Of a stretch of DNA of 64,000 nucleotides, positions 38,850 through 49,238 are shown one piece after another (position 1 is the stretch's first letter; every line of letters begins with the position of its first letter). The stretch is taken from contig CAKVID010000006.1 in assembly GCA_934754355.1 (NCBI GenBank), positions 2,004 to 66,003 of the forward strand, written 5' to 3'. The notes beneath the pieces are model-generated. The model worked only from the letters and a program-made list of their open reading frames with translations, had not been told where the DNA came from and did no database searches. The position numbers and the translations under genes are program-made. The stretch comes from an uncultured Clostridia bacterium (GTDB taxonomy: Bacteria > Bacillota > Clostridia > Christensenellales > UBA1242).

Positions 38850-39009
38850 TTATTCACAATGTGGATAACTTGTGATTATTTATGCAAAAATGTGTTTATA
38901 ATTTTGAAAAATGGCAGTAAAATATTTTGAAATATTCAACTTATAATGTATAATTATAAGCGTAAAGAGTTAAATTTATTTTTGCATTGTGAATTTTACT
39001 TGTGAATAC
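38850..39009. promoter_or_regulatory. Cluster of DnaA-box-like 9-mers (TTATNCACA) upstream of rsmH
   Basis: ttattcaca at 38850-38858. tgtggataa at 38860-38868 is a perfect box on the opposite strand. Weaker boxes are tgtgattat at 38871-38879, tgtgaattt at 38988-38996 and tgtgaatac at 39001-39009. Confidence 0.45.
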
Positions 39010-39092
39010 TCTTTGAAAAAAATGATTGTTTATGCATAGAATTTATGAGTGTGTTAATATATGTATAGGCAAGAATATGGAGTGATTAGTAA

Positions 39093-40040
39093 ATGGAAGA
39101 AACATTTGAAAATAATTTTAAACACACTCCAGTAATGCTTGATGAATGCTTGACCGCACTGAATATTAAATCTGACGGAATATATGTAGATGGAACTCTT
39201 GGTGGAGGCGGGCATAGTGGTGAAATACTCAAAAGGCTGACGACTGGAAAACTTATAGCATTTGATAAAGACCAAGATGCTCTAAATTCAACAAAAGTGA
39301 AATTACAGAAATACTCAGATAAGATTACTTATATCAAAGATGACTTCAAAAATATGTATGAAGATATAAATAATCTAGGTATAGGTGGTGTAGATGGCAT
39401 ACTTTTGGATTTAGGAGTAAGTAGTTATCAAATAGATACGGCGGACAGGGGATTTTCGTATAGATTTGATGCTAGACTAGATATGCGAATGGATAGAGAC
39501 AATCCACTTAGCGCATATGAAGTAGTTAATACTTATTCTAAAGAGGACTTAATAAGAATACTTTATAATTATGGGGAAGAGAGTTTTTCTAAGCAAATTG
39601 TGGCTAAAATTATAGAGGCAAGAGAAGAAAAACCTATTGAGACAACTGGTGAATTAACACGCTTGATAGAGAGTGCTATTCCAAAGAAATTTTGGACACG
39701 AGGCAGTGTTGCCAAGAAAACTTTTCAAGCAATAAGGATAGAAGTAAATAAAGAATTAGAGGGATTGGAAGATGCTATAAATAAAATGATAGACCTTCTT
39801 AATCCACAAGGAAGACTTGCAATTATTACATTTCATTCTCTAGAGGATAGAATTGTTAAAAATGTTTTCAAAGAACATTCAATTGATTGTATTTGTGATA
39901 AAACACTTCCATTTTGTGTATGTAATCACAAATCAGATGTAATAATTGTAAATAAGAAACCAATTGAGGCAAGTGCAGAAGAATTAAAAAGAAATAGCAG
40001 AAGCAGTAGTGCTAAATTGAGAGTTTTGCAGAAAAAATGA
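39093..40040 (+). CDS. rsmH: 16S rRNA (cytosine1402-N4)-methyltransferase
   Basis: Motifs 'HTPVML.E', 'DGTLGGGGHS', 'LLDLGVSS.Q.D...RGFS' and 'FHSLEDRIVK'. Confidence 0.95.
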   Translation: MEETFENNFKHTPVMLDECLTALNIKSDGIYVDGTLGGGGHSGEILKRLTTGKLIAFDKDQDALNSTKVKLQKYSDKITYIKDDFKNMYEDINNLGIGGVDGILLDLGVSSYQIDTADRGFSYRFDARLDMRMDRDNPLSAYEVVNTYSKEDLIRILYNYGEESFSKQIVAKIIEAREEKPIETTGELTRLIESAIPKKFWTRGSVAKKTFQAIRIEVNKELEGLEDAINKMIDLLNPQGRLAIITFHSLEDRIVKNVFKEHSIDCICDKTLPFCVCNHKSDVIIVNKKPIEASAEELKRNSRSSSAKLRVLQKK

Positions 40041-40058
40041 TAAATGGAGGGAAAGAGT

Positions 40059-40643
40059 ATGAGTGCATATGGCAAAGTATCGTTTAATGATAGTGATGTA
40101 GCAAGAGAAGTAGTTTCTAGTGATGCTACTCCAAATTCAGTGGTTGAAGAGCAAGTAAGTAAATTCGATAATAATTACGCAACTAACGAAAAATTGCAAG
40201 AATTATATAATGAATTTGACAAAATTACTCTTGACCAAGATAAATTAAAAGAATATACACAAATAAAGACTAATGCTGTGGCAAAGAAAGTGCCATTTAG
40301 ATTGGCATTGACTATGGCTACTACATTGATAGTTACAGTACTTTTGATATTTTTGTGCGTATATAATATTTTTGTCATAAACGGAATGACTAGCAACATA
40401 AATTATTTGCAAGAAGAAGTTGTTTCGGCAGAGTATGACTTGACTAAGGCCCAGGGTTTGTACGATAATTTGACAAGTACTGATAATATTAAAAATGAAT
40501 TAACTGATATGGAATATTCAGAAATACCTTCTTCAAATATAGTGGCTGTGAATGTTCCAGAGAGTGTGGAGGTTAAAGATTTACAAGGTCAGACCAACTG
40601 GTTTGATGCTGTATGTAATTTTCTCAGCCGAATTTTCGGGTAG
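40059..40643 (+). CDS. ftsL: FtsL-like cell-division protein (single TM plus coiled coil, long N-terminal tail)
   Basis: It sits between rsmH and the pbp gene. It has a central TM helix (LALTMATTLIVTVLLIFLCVYNIFVI). RBS GGAGGG precedes the ATG at 40059. Confidence 0.6.
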   Translation: MSAYGKVSFNDSDVAREVVSSDATPNSVVEEQVSKFDNNYATNEKLQELYNEFDKITLDQDKLKEYTQIKTNAVAKKVPFRLALTMATTLIVTVLLIFLCVYNIFVINGMTSNINYLQEEVVSAEYDLTKAQGLYDNLTSTDNIKNELTDMEYSEIPSSNIVAVNVPESVEVKDLQGQTNWFDAVCNFLSRIFG

Positions 40644-40649
40644 GGTAAA

Positions 40650-42566
40650 ATGCAAAAAAATAATTCAATATTTTCTCTAACAAAAAGATTACTAGCGGTA
40701 TTTCTGCTAGTGTCTTTTGTTTTTTTGATTGTAATTATAAGGCTAGCGTATGTTCAATTTGTTAAGGGTAAATGGCTACAGGCTAAAGCCCAAGAACAAT
40801 GGCTTCGAGAACTGCCTCTTAATTCTAAGCGTGGAGAAATAAGGGACACTAATGGAGTGGTGCTTGCTACTAATTATTCTACTTATGATATTTATGTAAG
40901 GCCAAGCATGGTAGAAGATGAGAAAGAAGTAACACGCACTCTTTGTAGTGTTTTGAATTTGAATTTTGATAATATTTATAAAAAAGTTACAGATAGGCTA
41001 GTTAGCGAGAGTTTGATAAAATTGCAAGTGACCAAAGAAAAAGCAAACGAAATAAAAAGTAAAAATTTGAAAGGAATTCTATTTAGTGAGAATAATTCTA
41101 GGTACTATCCATATAATTCTGCACTTACTCAAGTATTAGGCTTTACAACAATAGATAATGTAGGACAGGCGGGACTTGAGGCCTATTATGATAAATATTT
41201 AACTGGTGTTAAAGGCTATGTTTTGGAAGAGAGTGATGTTAAGGGTGTGAAGATTGAGAATACACTTGCAACATATGTGCCAAGTATTCCCGGACTTAAT
41301 TTGGAATTAACTATAGATATGAATATTCAGAAATTTACTGAAGATGCTTTGTCTCTACTTATGGAAGAGCAAATCCCTAAGAAAGCAAGTGCGATAGTTA
41401 TGAATCCACATAATGGAGAGATTGTAGCAATGGCCACTATGCCAAATTTTGACCTTAATAATGTGCCCAGAAATGATGTATCTAAACTTATGGAAACTGT
41501 CAAAAATATCAATATTGTAGATGTGTATGAACCGGGTTCTACTTTCAAATGTATTACTATGGCTAATTCAATTGATGAGGGTGTGGCACAACTTTCTAAT
41601 ACTTTTTATGACCCCGGTTATAGAATTGTAGATGGAGAGAAAATTAAGTGTTGGAAATTAACAGGGCATGGACATCAGACATTAAGTCAAGGATTATGCA
41701 ATAGTTGTAATAGCGTATTTATAGACTTGGCGCTAAGACTTGGCAAAGATAGAATGTATGAGATGTTTGAGAAATTTGGTCTTGGTGCTACTCTTGGAAT
41801 AGATTTCTTGGGTGAGAGTGCGGGTATTATAATGAACTATAATAATTCCAAAATTGTTGATGTGGCTAGAATGGGCTTTGGTCAAGCGGTTGCAACAACG
41901 CCTATACAATTAATATCTGCTATTTGCAGTATTGTAAATGGTGGCAAATTATATAAACCATATTTTGTAAAAAATATTGTAGATAGTAATGGAAATGTTG
42001 TATCGCAGACAAGTCCACAAGTAATCAAAGAAACTATTTCGAAAAATACAAGTGAAATAATGAAGACGATGATGGAAGATGTAATCAAACAATATAGTGG
42101 TTACTATGCGTTCATTCCGGGATATCATGTTGGTGGTAAAACTGGTACTAGCCAAAAGTATGCGGGAAGCAAACTTAGTGGAGAGTATATTGCTTCATTT
42201 GTTGGAACATTCCCTGCAGATAATCCTGATTATGTTGTATTAATAGTTGTAGATGAACCGGGTGGTGCTAGTTACTATGGAAGTATAGCGGCAACTCCAT
42301 ATGCAAAGAAAATAATAGAAAATATAATAAAGTACAAAAATTATAAACCAAGTGAAGATTTGATAGAAGATACGATTAAGCAAAATGAATTTGTATTAAT
42401 GCCCGATTGTGTGGGGCTAAATATTTATGATGCTGTAGCAAAATGTGAGAGTGTGGGCTTGCAAGTAGAGATACAGGGAGATGGAAAAATTATAAAATCT
42501 CAGTTCCCAGCACCAAGTAGCGAAGTTATAAAAAATGGCATAGTGATGATAGATACTGAAAAATAA
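40650..42566 (+). CDS. Class B penicillin-binding protein (PBP2B/SpoVD-type) with a C-terminal PASTA domain
   Basis: It has a PBP dimerisation domain and transpeptidase motifs 'STFK', 'SCN' and 'KTGT'. The C-terminal 'MPDCVGLNIYDAVAKCESVGLQVEIQGDG' is a PASTA domain. Confidence 0.9.
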   Translation: MQKNNSIFSLTKRLLAVFLLVSFVFLIVIIRLAYVQFVKGKWLQAKAQEQWLRELPLNSKRGEIRDTNGVVLATNYSTYDIYVRPSMVEDEKEVTRTLCSVLNLNFDNIYKKVTDRLVSESLIKLQVTKEKANEIKSKNLKGILFSENNSRYYPYNSALTQVLGFTTIDNVGQAGLEAYYDKYLTGVKGYVLEESDVKGVKIENTLATYVPSIPGLNLELTIDMNIQKFTEDALSLLMEEQIPKKASAIVMNPHNGEIVAMATMPNFDLNNVPRNDVSKLMETVKNINIVDVYEPGSTFKCITMANSIDEGVAQLSNTFYDPGYRIVDGEKIKCWKLTGHGHQTLSQGLCNSCNSVFIDLALRLGKDRMYEMFEKFGLGATLGIDFLGESAGIIMNYNNSKIVDVARMGFGQAVATTPIQLISAICSIVNGGKLYKPYFVKNIVDSNGNVVSQTSPQVIKETISKNTSEIMKTMMEDVIKQYSGYYAFIPGYHVGGKTGTSQKYAGSKLSGEYIASFVGTFPADNPDYVVLIVVDEPGGASYYGSIAATPYAKKIIENIIKYKNYKPSEDLIEDTIKQNEFVLMPDCVGLNIYDAVAKCESVGLQVEIQGDGKIIKSQFPAPSSEVIKNGIVMIDTEK

Positions 42567-42724
42567 AACAATATAAAATATAATGTCGTATTATAGAATT
42601 TTGTTATTTTTATATTTGTCAAAAAATGTCTTTATGGTTCTTTTGTGTAGTGGAAGTAATACAATAATTATAATTAAATAATTTAATTAAATAATTGTAT
42701 ATAATAAAAGGGAGTGAGTTATTT

Positions 42725-44161
42725 GTGAGACTAAAAAAGATACTTAAAAATTTGGATATATTGGAAAGTAAAAATTTCAAAGATTATAATATAAAAGCAA
42801 TAACTCACATCTCTAAAGATGTAATCAAAGATAGTATTTTTATATGTATTAAAGGCAATAATTTCAATGGCAATGATTATATAATTGATGTTATAAAGAG
42901 TGGGGCTAAATGTATTGTGACCGAAGAAGAATGTAATGCTACAAATGTATGTGTGATTAGAGTAAAAGATGTAAGACTGGCAATGAGTGTGCTTGCTAAA
43001 AATTTCTATAATAATGCTTGTGATAGCATGCAAATTATTGGAATAATTGGAACTTGTGGCAAAACATCTACATCTATGATAATTGCCAAATTTTTACAAA
43101 ATTCTGACAATAACATAGGCGTTATTGGCACAAACGGAATATTTATAGGAGACATTAAGTTAGATAATAAATTCACAACTCCCGACCCTCTAGAATTGCA
43201 TTATATATTCTATCAAATGAAATTATTGGGCGTAAAAACAGTTGTAATGGAAGTAAGTGCGCAAGCAATTTATTTGAATAAAATGTATGGCGTTAAATTA
43301 GATATTGGAGTATTTACTAATATATCTGAAGAACATTTGGATTTCTTTGGAACAATAGAAAAATATGCAAGATGTAAGATGGACTATTTTGATTTATCCA
43401 ATATGAAAGAGTGTGTTGTTAATGTAGATGATTTCTATGGAATGGAAATAGCATACAAAACCAAAGTTCCATGTGTTAGTTATGCTGTAAAAAATCCTGC
43501 TAATTCATTTGCATTAGATATACAAATAGATATTAATTCTACTAAATTTACTGCTAATATTTTGGATAATATTATTAAGGTAGATAGTAAATTAGTAGGA
43601 GACTTTAATGTATATAATATTTTGGCTGCTATGACGGTGGCTAAGATGCTGGGAGTTAGTTGCGAAGATATTGGTAATAAAATAAATTCTATAAATGGCA
43701 TTGCGGGAAGACTGAATTTCTTTGAGAAAAATGGCAAACAAATAATTGTAGATTTTGCACATACTCCCGATAGTTTTGATAAAACACTAGCTTTTGTGAA
43801 AAAATTTTGTAGAGGCAGGCTTATTACTCTTTTTGGTTGCGTAGGATATAGTGACCAAGAAAAAAGATATCAAATGGGTGCCATAGCAGATAAATATTCT
43901 GATGAAATAATACTGAGTGTAGATAATAGAGGTAATACTTTATTTGAAGATATTTGTGCGGATATTATAACTGGAATTAGTCATGCAAAGTACACTTTAA
44001 TTGAAGATAGAAAAGCTGCTATTAAAAGTGGGATAGAGAAATTATCTAGTGGGGATATTCTATGTATACTTGGTAAGGGTGCAGAGGACTTCCAGAAAAT
44101 TGGAGACGAGAGAATTCCTTATAGTGATTTACAAGTTGTTGAAGAATATATTAAAGGATAA
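42725..44161 (+). CDS. murE: UDP-N-acetylmuramoyl-L-alanyl-D-glutamate--diamino-acid ligase
   Basis: 'GIIGTCGKTST' P-loop with a Mur ligase middle and C-terminal domain. The GTG start at 42725 follows AAGGGAG. I could not settle the amino-acid specificity (mDAP or Lys). Confidence 0.88.
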   Translation: MRLKKILKNLDILESKNFKDYNIKAITHISKDVIKDSIFICIKGNNFNGNDYIIDVIKSGAKCIVTEEECNATNVCVIRVKDVRLAMSVLAKNFYNNACDSMQIIGIIGTCGKTSTSMIIAKFLQNSDNNIGVIGTNGIFIGDIKLDNKFTTPDPLELHYIFYQMKLLGVKTVVMEVSAQAIYLNKMYGVKLDIGVFTNISEEHLDFFGTIEKYARCKMDYFDLSNMKECVVNVDDFYGMEIAYKTKVPCVSYAVKNPANSFALDIQIDINSTKFTANILDNIIKVDSKLVGDFNVYNILAAMTVAKMLGVSCEDIGNKINSINGIAGRLNFFEKNGKQIIVDFAHTPDSFDKTLAFVKKFCRGRLITLFGCVGYSDQEKRYQMGAIADKYSDEIILSVDNRGNTLFEDICADIITGISHAKYTLIEDRKAAIKSGIEKLSSGDILCILGKGAEDFQKIGDERIPYSDLQVVEEYIKG

Positions 44162-44164
44162 ATT

Positions 44165-45145
44165 ATGAAATATGGTTTGCTTAATTTGTGCTTATGCTTG
44201 ATTGTATCGGCAATCATTGCACCATTTATAATTAAGTGGTTGCACAAATTAAAATTTGGACAAAATATTTTAATATATGTTGAGAAGCATAAATCCAAAA
44301 GTGGTACTGCTACAATGGGAGGAATTATATTTATAATTTCTTCTTTTGTGGGATACTTTGTCTTTTATTCCAAGCATAATATGTTGGCAACAACTTCAAT
44401 GCTTAGTTTTCTATTTTTTGGAATACTTGGATTTCTAGATGATTATATCAAGATAAAATACAAACAAAATGAAGGGCTTAAACCTTATCAAAAAATGCTT
44501 GGGCAATTGGGGATTGCTATAGTGCTTGCAATATTTGTGTACAAATCAGATTTAATTGGTAGTACTTGTAATATTCCATTTTCTAATAGTACGATTGATT
44601 TGGGAATATGGATAATTCCATTTGTAATAATTGTATATTTAGCAATAGTTAATTCTGTTAATTTAATTGATGGTCTTGATGGGTTGTGTTCTAGTGTGTC
44701 TTTTGTTGTGATTATGGTTATGTGTGTGCTTATTACGATTATCAATAAATCACTTGAGGGTGTAGCACTTCTCGAAAGTCAAAATTTAGTAATTGCAAGT
44801 CTTGGTGTTGCTGGCGGAGTGTTGGGGTTTCTTCTTTTCAATTCTTATCCGGCAAAAGTATTTATGGGGGATACTGGCTCGCTTGCATTGGGTGGAACTA
44901 TTGCTAGTCTAACTATTTTTTCAAGAAATTATTTCATGATAATGATAGTGGGTGTTATGTTTGTGCTTACTTCATTAAGTGTAATTTTACAAGTAGCCAG
45001 TTATAAATTAACTAAGAAGAGAATATTTAAAATGTCGCCATTGCATCACCACTTTGAACAAACAATGAGTGAAACTAAAGTGGTAACAATGTATATGATA
45101 GTGACAATTATTGTAGGCATATTGACAATAAGTTTGTATTTGTAG
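44165..45145 (+). CDS. mraY: Phospho-N-acetylmuramoyl-pentapeptide transferase
   Basis: Motifs 'GTATMGG', 'NLIDGLDGL', 'VFMGDTGSLALGG' and 'PLHHHFE'. Confidence 0.96.
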   Translation: MKYGLLNLCLCLIVSAIIAPFIIKWLHKLKFGQNILIYVEKHKSKSGTATMGGIIFIISSFVGYFVFYSKHNMLATTSMLSFLFFGILGFLDDYIKIKYKQNEGLKPYQKMLGQLGIAIVLAIFVYKSDLIGSTCNIPFSNSTIDLGIWIIPFVIIVYLAIVNSVNLIDGLDGLCSSVSFVVIMVMCVLITIINKSLEGVALLESQNLVIASLGVAGGVLGFLLFNSYPAKVFMGDTGSLALGGTIASLTIFSRNYFMIMIVGVMFVLTSLSVILQVASYKLTKKRIFKMSPLHHHFEQTMSETKVVTMYMIVTIIVGILTISLYL

Positions 45146-45157
45146 GAGTGGTTTATT

Positions 45158-46474
45158 ATGATATTTGATTATAAAAATATTTTAATTATGGGGTATGGAG
45201 AAAGCGGTAAGGCAGTCGAGAACATACTTAAAAGTCTAAATATAGAATACAAGATTTACGATAAATCTCATGGGGTAAATGGTGGGGGATATCTATGCAA
45301 ATTAAATAGGAAAATTATTTCTAATTTTGATTTGCTTGTTATTTCCCCGGGTATTAGTATTTATAACAAATATGTTGTAATGGCAGAGAGAATGGGAATA
45401 AAAGTGGTAGGAGAATTGGAATTTGGTTATTGGTTTACATCAAGTCCAGTGGTTGCTATTACTGGTACTAATGGTAAGACTACAACTACTTCTCTTATCA
45501 ATCAAATAATTGGTACTACTTATACTTGTGGGGCATTTGGAAATATTGGCATTCCACTTTGTAGAGCATACAAAAAGCCTATGGATTATTTAGTGTGTGA
45601 AGTAAGTTCATTCCAATTGGAAAGTACATATTCATTTAATCCATATATATCAATTATTTTAAATATTGCCGAAGACCATATAGATAGGCATAAGACATTT
45701 GAAAATTATATAAAATGCAAATTGGGATTACTTAAGAATTGTACTGAAAAGTCTCTAATTGTATTGAATGCTGATGATAAATTAATTATGGAAAGAACAG
45801 AGAATATCAAAGCAAAAAAATTCTATATATCCAAATATAAGAAAGTTAAAGGTGTATACATATTAGAAGATAAGATATATATCAACATAAAAAGCAAACC
45901 TTATGTCTTGTGTGAAACTAAAGAATTTGAACATTTGCTTACTGTTATGGAAGATGTACTGGCTAGTATTCTTGCTTGTAAACTTCTTCAAATAGAAGAT
46001 AATAAGATTATTGAAACAATCAAGAATTTTGAACTTGCTCCTCATCGAATGAAAGTTGTACTAGAAAAGAATGGCGTGAAATATATTGACGATAGCAAGA
46101 GTACTAATGTACATAGCACGCTTAATGCTTTAAGGGTTAGTGAAAGTGGAGTAGTGCTAATGCTTGGTGGAGAGGACAAAGACTTGAATTTTGATGATAT
46201 CTTTATTAAATACAAAGATAAAATCAATTATGTTATTGCGTTTGGGAAAGCAAGAAAGAAGATTGAGAAGAGTGCAAGTAAATGTGGCTTTGAAAATGTT
46301 AAGAGTTGTAAAACTTTTTATGAAGGAGTGAAAGCGGGATATGAAATTGCTAAAGAGAAAAATATTTTGCTTTTGTCGCCAGCGTGTGCTAGTTTTGATG
46401 AATTCAAAAGTTATAGTGAGAGAGGAGAAAAATTTGAAAAACTTGTAAAGGAATTATCTAATGCAAAAAGTTAA
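45158..46474 (+). CDS. murD: UDP-N-acetylmuramoylalanine--D-glutamate ligase
   Basis: 'ITGTNGKTTTT', position in the dcw cluster and 'DDSKSTN'. Confidence 0.93.
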   Translation: MIFDYKNILIMGYGESGKAVENILKSLNIEYKIYDKSHGVNGGGYLCKLNRKIISNFDLLVISPGISIYNKYVVMAERMGIKVVGELEFGYWFTSSPVVAITGTNGKTTTTSLINQIIGTTYTCGAFGNIGIPLCRAYKKPMDYLVCEVSSFQLESTYSFNPYISIILNIAEDHIDRHKTFENYIKCKLGLLKNCTEKSLIVLNADDKLIMERTENIKAKKFYISKYKKVKGVYILEDKIYINIKSKPYVLCETKEFEHLLTVMEDVLASILACKLLQIEDNKIIETIKNFELAPHRMKVVLEKNGVKYIDDSKSTNVHSTLNALRVSESGVVLMLGGEDKDLNFDDIFIKYKDKINYVIAFGKARKKIEKSASKCGFENVKSCKTFYEGVKAGYEIAKEKNILLLSPACASFDEFKSYSERGEKFEKLVKELSNAKS

Positions 46475-47621
46475 TAAATTGAGTTTGACAATTTTTATTA
46501 TTGTTACATTCTTATGTATATTTGGCATGGTCATGATTTACAGTGCTAGTTCTTATTCTAGTGATTTTCTTTATGGGGATAGTTTGCACTTTGTGAAGAA
46601 ACAAATATTTGGCTTTGTATTGGGCTTAGGATTTTTTGCAATTACATATTTTTTTGATTATCATAAGTACTACAAATTAAGATATTACATTATTATTGTA
46701 TCTCTTATTTTGCTTGGTTTGGTTTTTGTTCCCGGAATTGGAATATCTGCTAATGGCGCTAGGCGTTGGATTGGCTTCGCTGGACTTAATTTGCAGAGTA
46801 GTGAAGTTGCTAAATTTGGATTTGTAATCTTCTCTGCGTGCTACTTATCCAAAAATTATGAAAAGACCAAAACATTCAAAGGAATACTTCCTATTTTGAT
46901 TGCTGGCGGAATAATATGTTTATTTGTAATGCTTGAACCTAATATGAGTGTTACGATGTGTATTGGGCTAGTAATGATTTCTATGCTTGTAATTGGAGGG
47001 ATAAGTTTTAAACATTTTGCGTTGCTTGCAATTCCTGCACTTGCTTTGGTTGTTGTATTGATTGTAATAGAACCTTATAGATTTGATAGGCTTGTAGCCT
47101 TTATTAATCCCTGGGCAAATCCCAAAGAAGAGGGGTATCAATTAATACAATCTCTATATTCACTTGGAACTGGTGGTTTATTTGGAGTAGGACTTTTTAA
47201 TAGTAGACAGAAGTATTTATTCTTGCCATTTGCCGAAAGCGATTTTATTTTTGCTATCATAGGAGAAGAACTAGGGTTTGTAGGTGCAGTGTGTGTTCTT
47301 ATGGTGTATGTAGTGCTTATTGCATTAGGCATCAAAATTGCACTTAATGCTAAAGATAGATTGGGTGCTTATCTGGCTAGTGGAATTGTATCCGTTATAG
47401 CAATTCAATTATTAATAAATGTAGCCGTAGTAACAGGCTCAATTCCGCCAACAGGAATTCCTATGCCGTTTGTGTCGGCGGGTGGAACATCTTTAAGTGT
47501 ATTTATGGGGGCAATTGGAATTCTTTGCAATGTAGGCAGACAAAGTGAAAATACACAAAATGCATTTGTATTTATGAGATTTAATATATTCAAAGTAAAA
47601 CAAAATAAAGCAAGAAATTAG
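46461..47621 (+). CDS. ftsW: SEDS-family peptidoglycan polymerase FtsW/SpoVE
   Basis: 386 aa, polytopic, with 'QLIQSLYSLGTGGLFGVGL', 'ESDFIFAIIGEELG' and 'PFVSAGGTS'. Confidence 0.92.
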   Translation: MQKVNKLSLTIFIIVTFLCIFGMVMIYSASSYSSDFLYGDSLHFVKKQIFGFVLGLGFFAITYFFDYHKYYKLRYYIIIVSLILLGLVFVPGIGISANGARRWIGFAGLNLQSSEVAKFGFVIFSACYLSKNYEKTKTFKGILPILIAGGIICLFVMLEPNMSVTMCIGLVMISMLVIGGISFKHFALLAIPALALVVVLIVIEPYRFDRLVAFINPWANPKEEGYQLIQSLYSLGTGGLFGVGLFNSRQKYLFLPFAESDFIFAIIGEELGFVGAVCVLMVYVVLIALGIKIALNAKDRLGAYLASGIVSVIAIQLLINVAVVTGSIPPTGIPMPFVSAGGTSLSVFMGAIGILCNVGRQSENTQNAFVFMRFNIFKVKQNKARN

Positions 47622-47699
47622 CAAATTAAAGTGTTCTTTAAAATATTCAATGAATGAATTTAAGTAAAAAGAACCACAATAAATGATGAGTTATTAAAA

Positions 47700-47727
47700 A
47701 ACAGGGTGGGAAACTCTGTTTTTTTTG
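47700..47727 (+). terminator. Probable terminator after ftsW
   Basis: acaggg...ctctgt followed by T8. Confidence 0.5.
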
Positions 47728-47893
47728 TTAAAATATTATTGGACTTTATGTTTTATGGGGAATGAGAATGTGGGGCCTAAACATTTGAACAGTTGTATTT
47801 TGTATAAGTCAGTAATTTCGATTTTTTGTAAATATAAGAAAATTATTATTCAAAAATATATATTTATGTTATTATAAACTAAGGAGTTAATTT

Positions 47894-48388
47894 ATGAAAG
47901 AGAAAAGGGATTTGTACGATAAGAATGGTAATATAACTGGTTTGACATACTTTAAGGGAGATAAAATTCCACAAGGTTATTATCCAATGGTTGTAATGGT
48001 TTGTATTCAAAATAGTAAGGGTGAATTTTTAATGCAAAAAAGAGTTCCTCAAAAAGGTGGAGATTGGGGAGTTACGGGCGGACACCCAAAGGCTGGAGAA
48101 ACATCAGAACAGGGTATAGTTACGGAAGTTAGAGAAGAACTTGGAATAGATATTTCTAATAGACCCCTTGAAGTTTTTGCAGAGGGTTGTGATGGTAAAG
48201 ACTGCTTTAAGATGTATTATCTTAATGCTGATTTGGATATTGCAAAACTAACAATTCAAGAAGATGAATTAACAGAAGTTAGATGGTTTTCAATGCAAGA
48301 ACTACAAGACATGGTGGATAAAAACATACTAAATTCTGACCAAATAGAATGCTTCGTAAAATGTACGAATTATTTAAAAAATAAATAG
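47894..48388 (+). CDS. NUDIX hydrolase
   Basis: The Nudix box is 'GGHPKAGETSEQGIVTEVREELGI' (GX5EX7REUXEEXGU). Confidence 0.88.
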   Translation: MKEKRDLYDKNGNITGLTYFKGDKIPQGYYPMVVMVCIQNSKGEFLMQKRVPQKGGDWGVTGGHPKAGETSEQGIVTEVREELGIDISNRPLEVFAEGCDGKDCFKMYYLNADLDIAKLTIQEDELTEVRWFSMQELQDMVDKNILNSDQIECFVKCTNYLKNK

Positions 48389-48437
48389 TCTTGAATTGAA
48401 GATTTAGATTAGTGATACCAGTAAAGGAATAAATATT

Positions 48438-48998
48438 ATGTGTAAGAAATATAAAAAAATTGAAAATAAAGAAAAAGAACCTCAAAAAATGGTATATAAA
48501 ATATGTAAATATTGCAGTTGCAGATTTGAGAATAAGTCTGCAAAGTGTCCTGGTTGTGGTTCTAGGGATTATATATTAGAATATGTAGATGATCCAGATG
48601 GCAAAAATATTAAAGACATTGAATACAAGATTGTTGTGTGTCCTACTTGTGAAAAAATAAACTATTTGGGATCGAAAAAATGTGTAAAATGTGGCTCAAA
48701 TTTGCCAACGCAAAAAGACCTTGATACTAAAAGATTAAATCAATTAAAAGATAGCAATGGAAAAATAAATAGATATCCAGAAACAAAAGATAAAAGAATT
48801 GTGCTTGAATATTTAACAAGTAAATTTAGTAAAGATAAAAGATATTCTGAAAAAGAAGTAAATCAGATACTTGTAGATTGGATAAACTTTGTAGATTATA
48901 TAACTATTAGGCGAGATTTAATAGATGGTAATTACTTAAATAGAGAGTCTGATGGAAACTTTTATTGTGTAAGTGCCAAAAGTAATAAAAAAGAATAA
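48438..48998 (+). CDS. Zinc-ribbon protein with a C-terminal DUF2087-like domain
   Basis: There are four CxxC pairs (CKYCSC..CPGCG; CPTCE..CVKCG). The C-terminal 'RIVLEYL...F..DKRYSEKEVN.IL......DY.TIRR.LID...L.RE.DG..Y' matches my memory of DUF2087. Confidence 0.6.
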   Translation: MCKKYKKIENKEKEPQKMVYKICKYCSCRFENKSAKCPGCGSRDYILEYVDDPDGKNIKDIEYKIVVCPTCEKINYLGSKKCVKCGSNLPTQKDLDTKRLNQLKDSNGKINRYPETKDKRIVLEYLTSKFSKDKRYSEKEVNQILVDWINFVDYITIRRDLIDGNYLNRESDGNFYCVSAKSNKKE

Positions 48999-49238
48999 CA
49001 TGATGTTATTCTTTTTTTATCTGCTATTAACAAAATATTGCTTGCTCTCATATATTCTAAATATATATATAATTTATATTCATAGTTTTTCACATTAAAA
49101 TTTGGGATCAATCGGAACAAATGGCGAGAAAATTGTATATTATATAGCAAAGCGACTTTTTTATTTTAAATTGTTTGCTTTGAATACTTATATAAATTAA
49201 ATACAAAGATAAAATTCTAATTTTTTTAAAGGTGAAAA

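Noticed and set aside
38850-39009. Considered the DnaA-box cluster as the chromosomal origin (oriC)
   Set aside because: There is no dnaA, dnaN or rpmH nearby. Only one box is perfect, and I can argue for no clear AT-rich unwinding element beyond the general AT-richness. I kept it as a possible regulatory cluster only.
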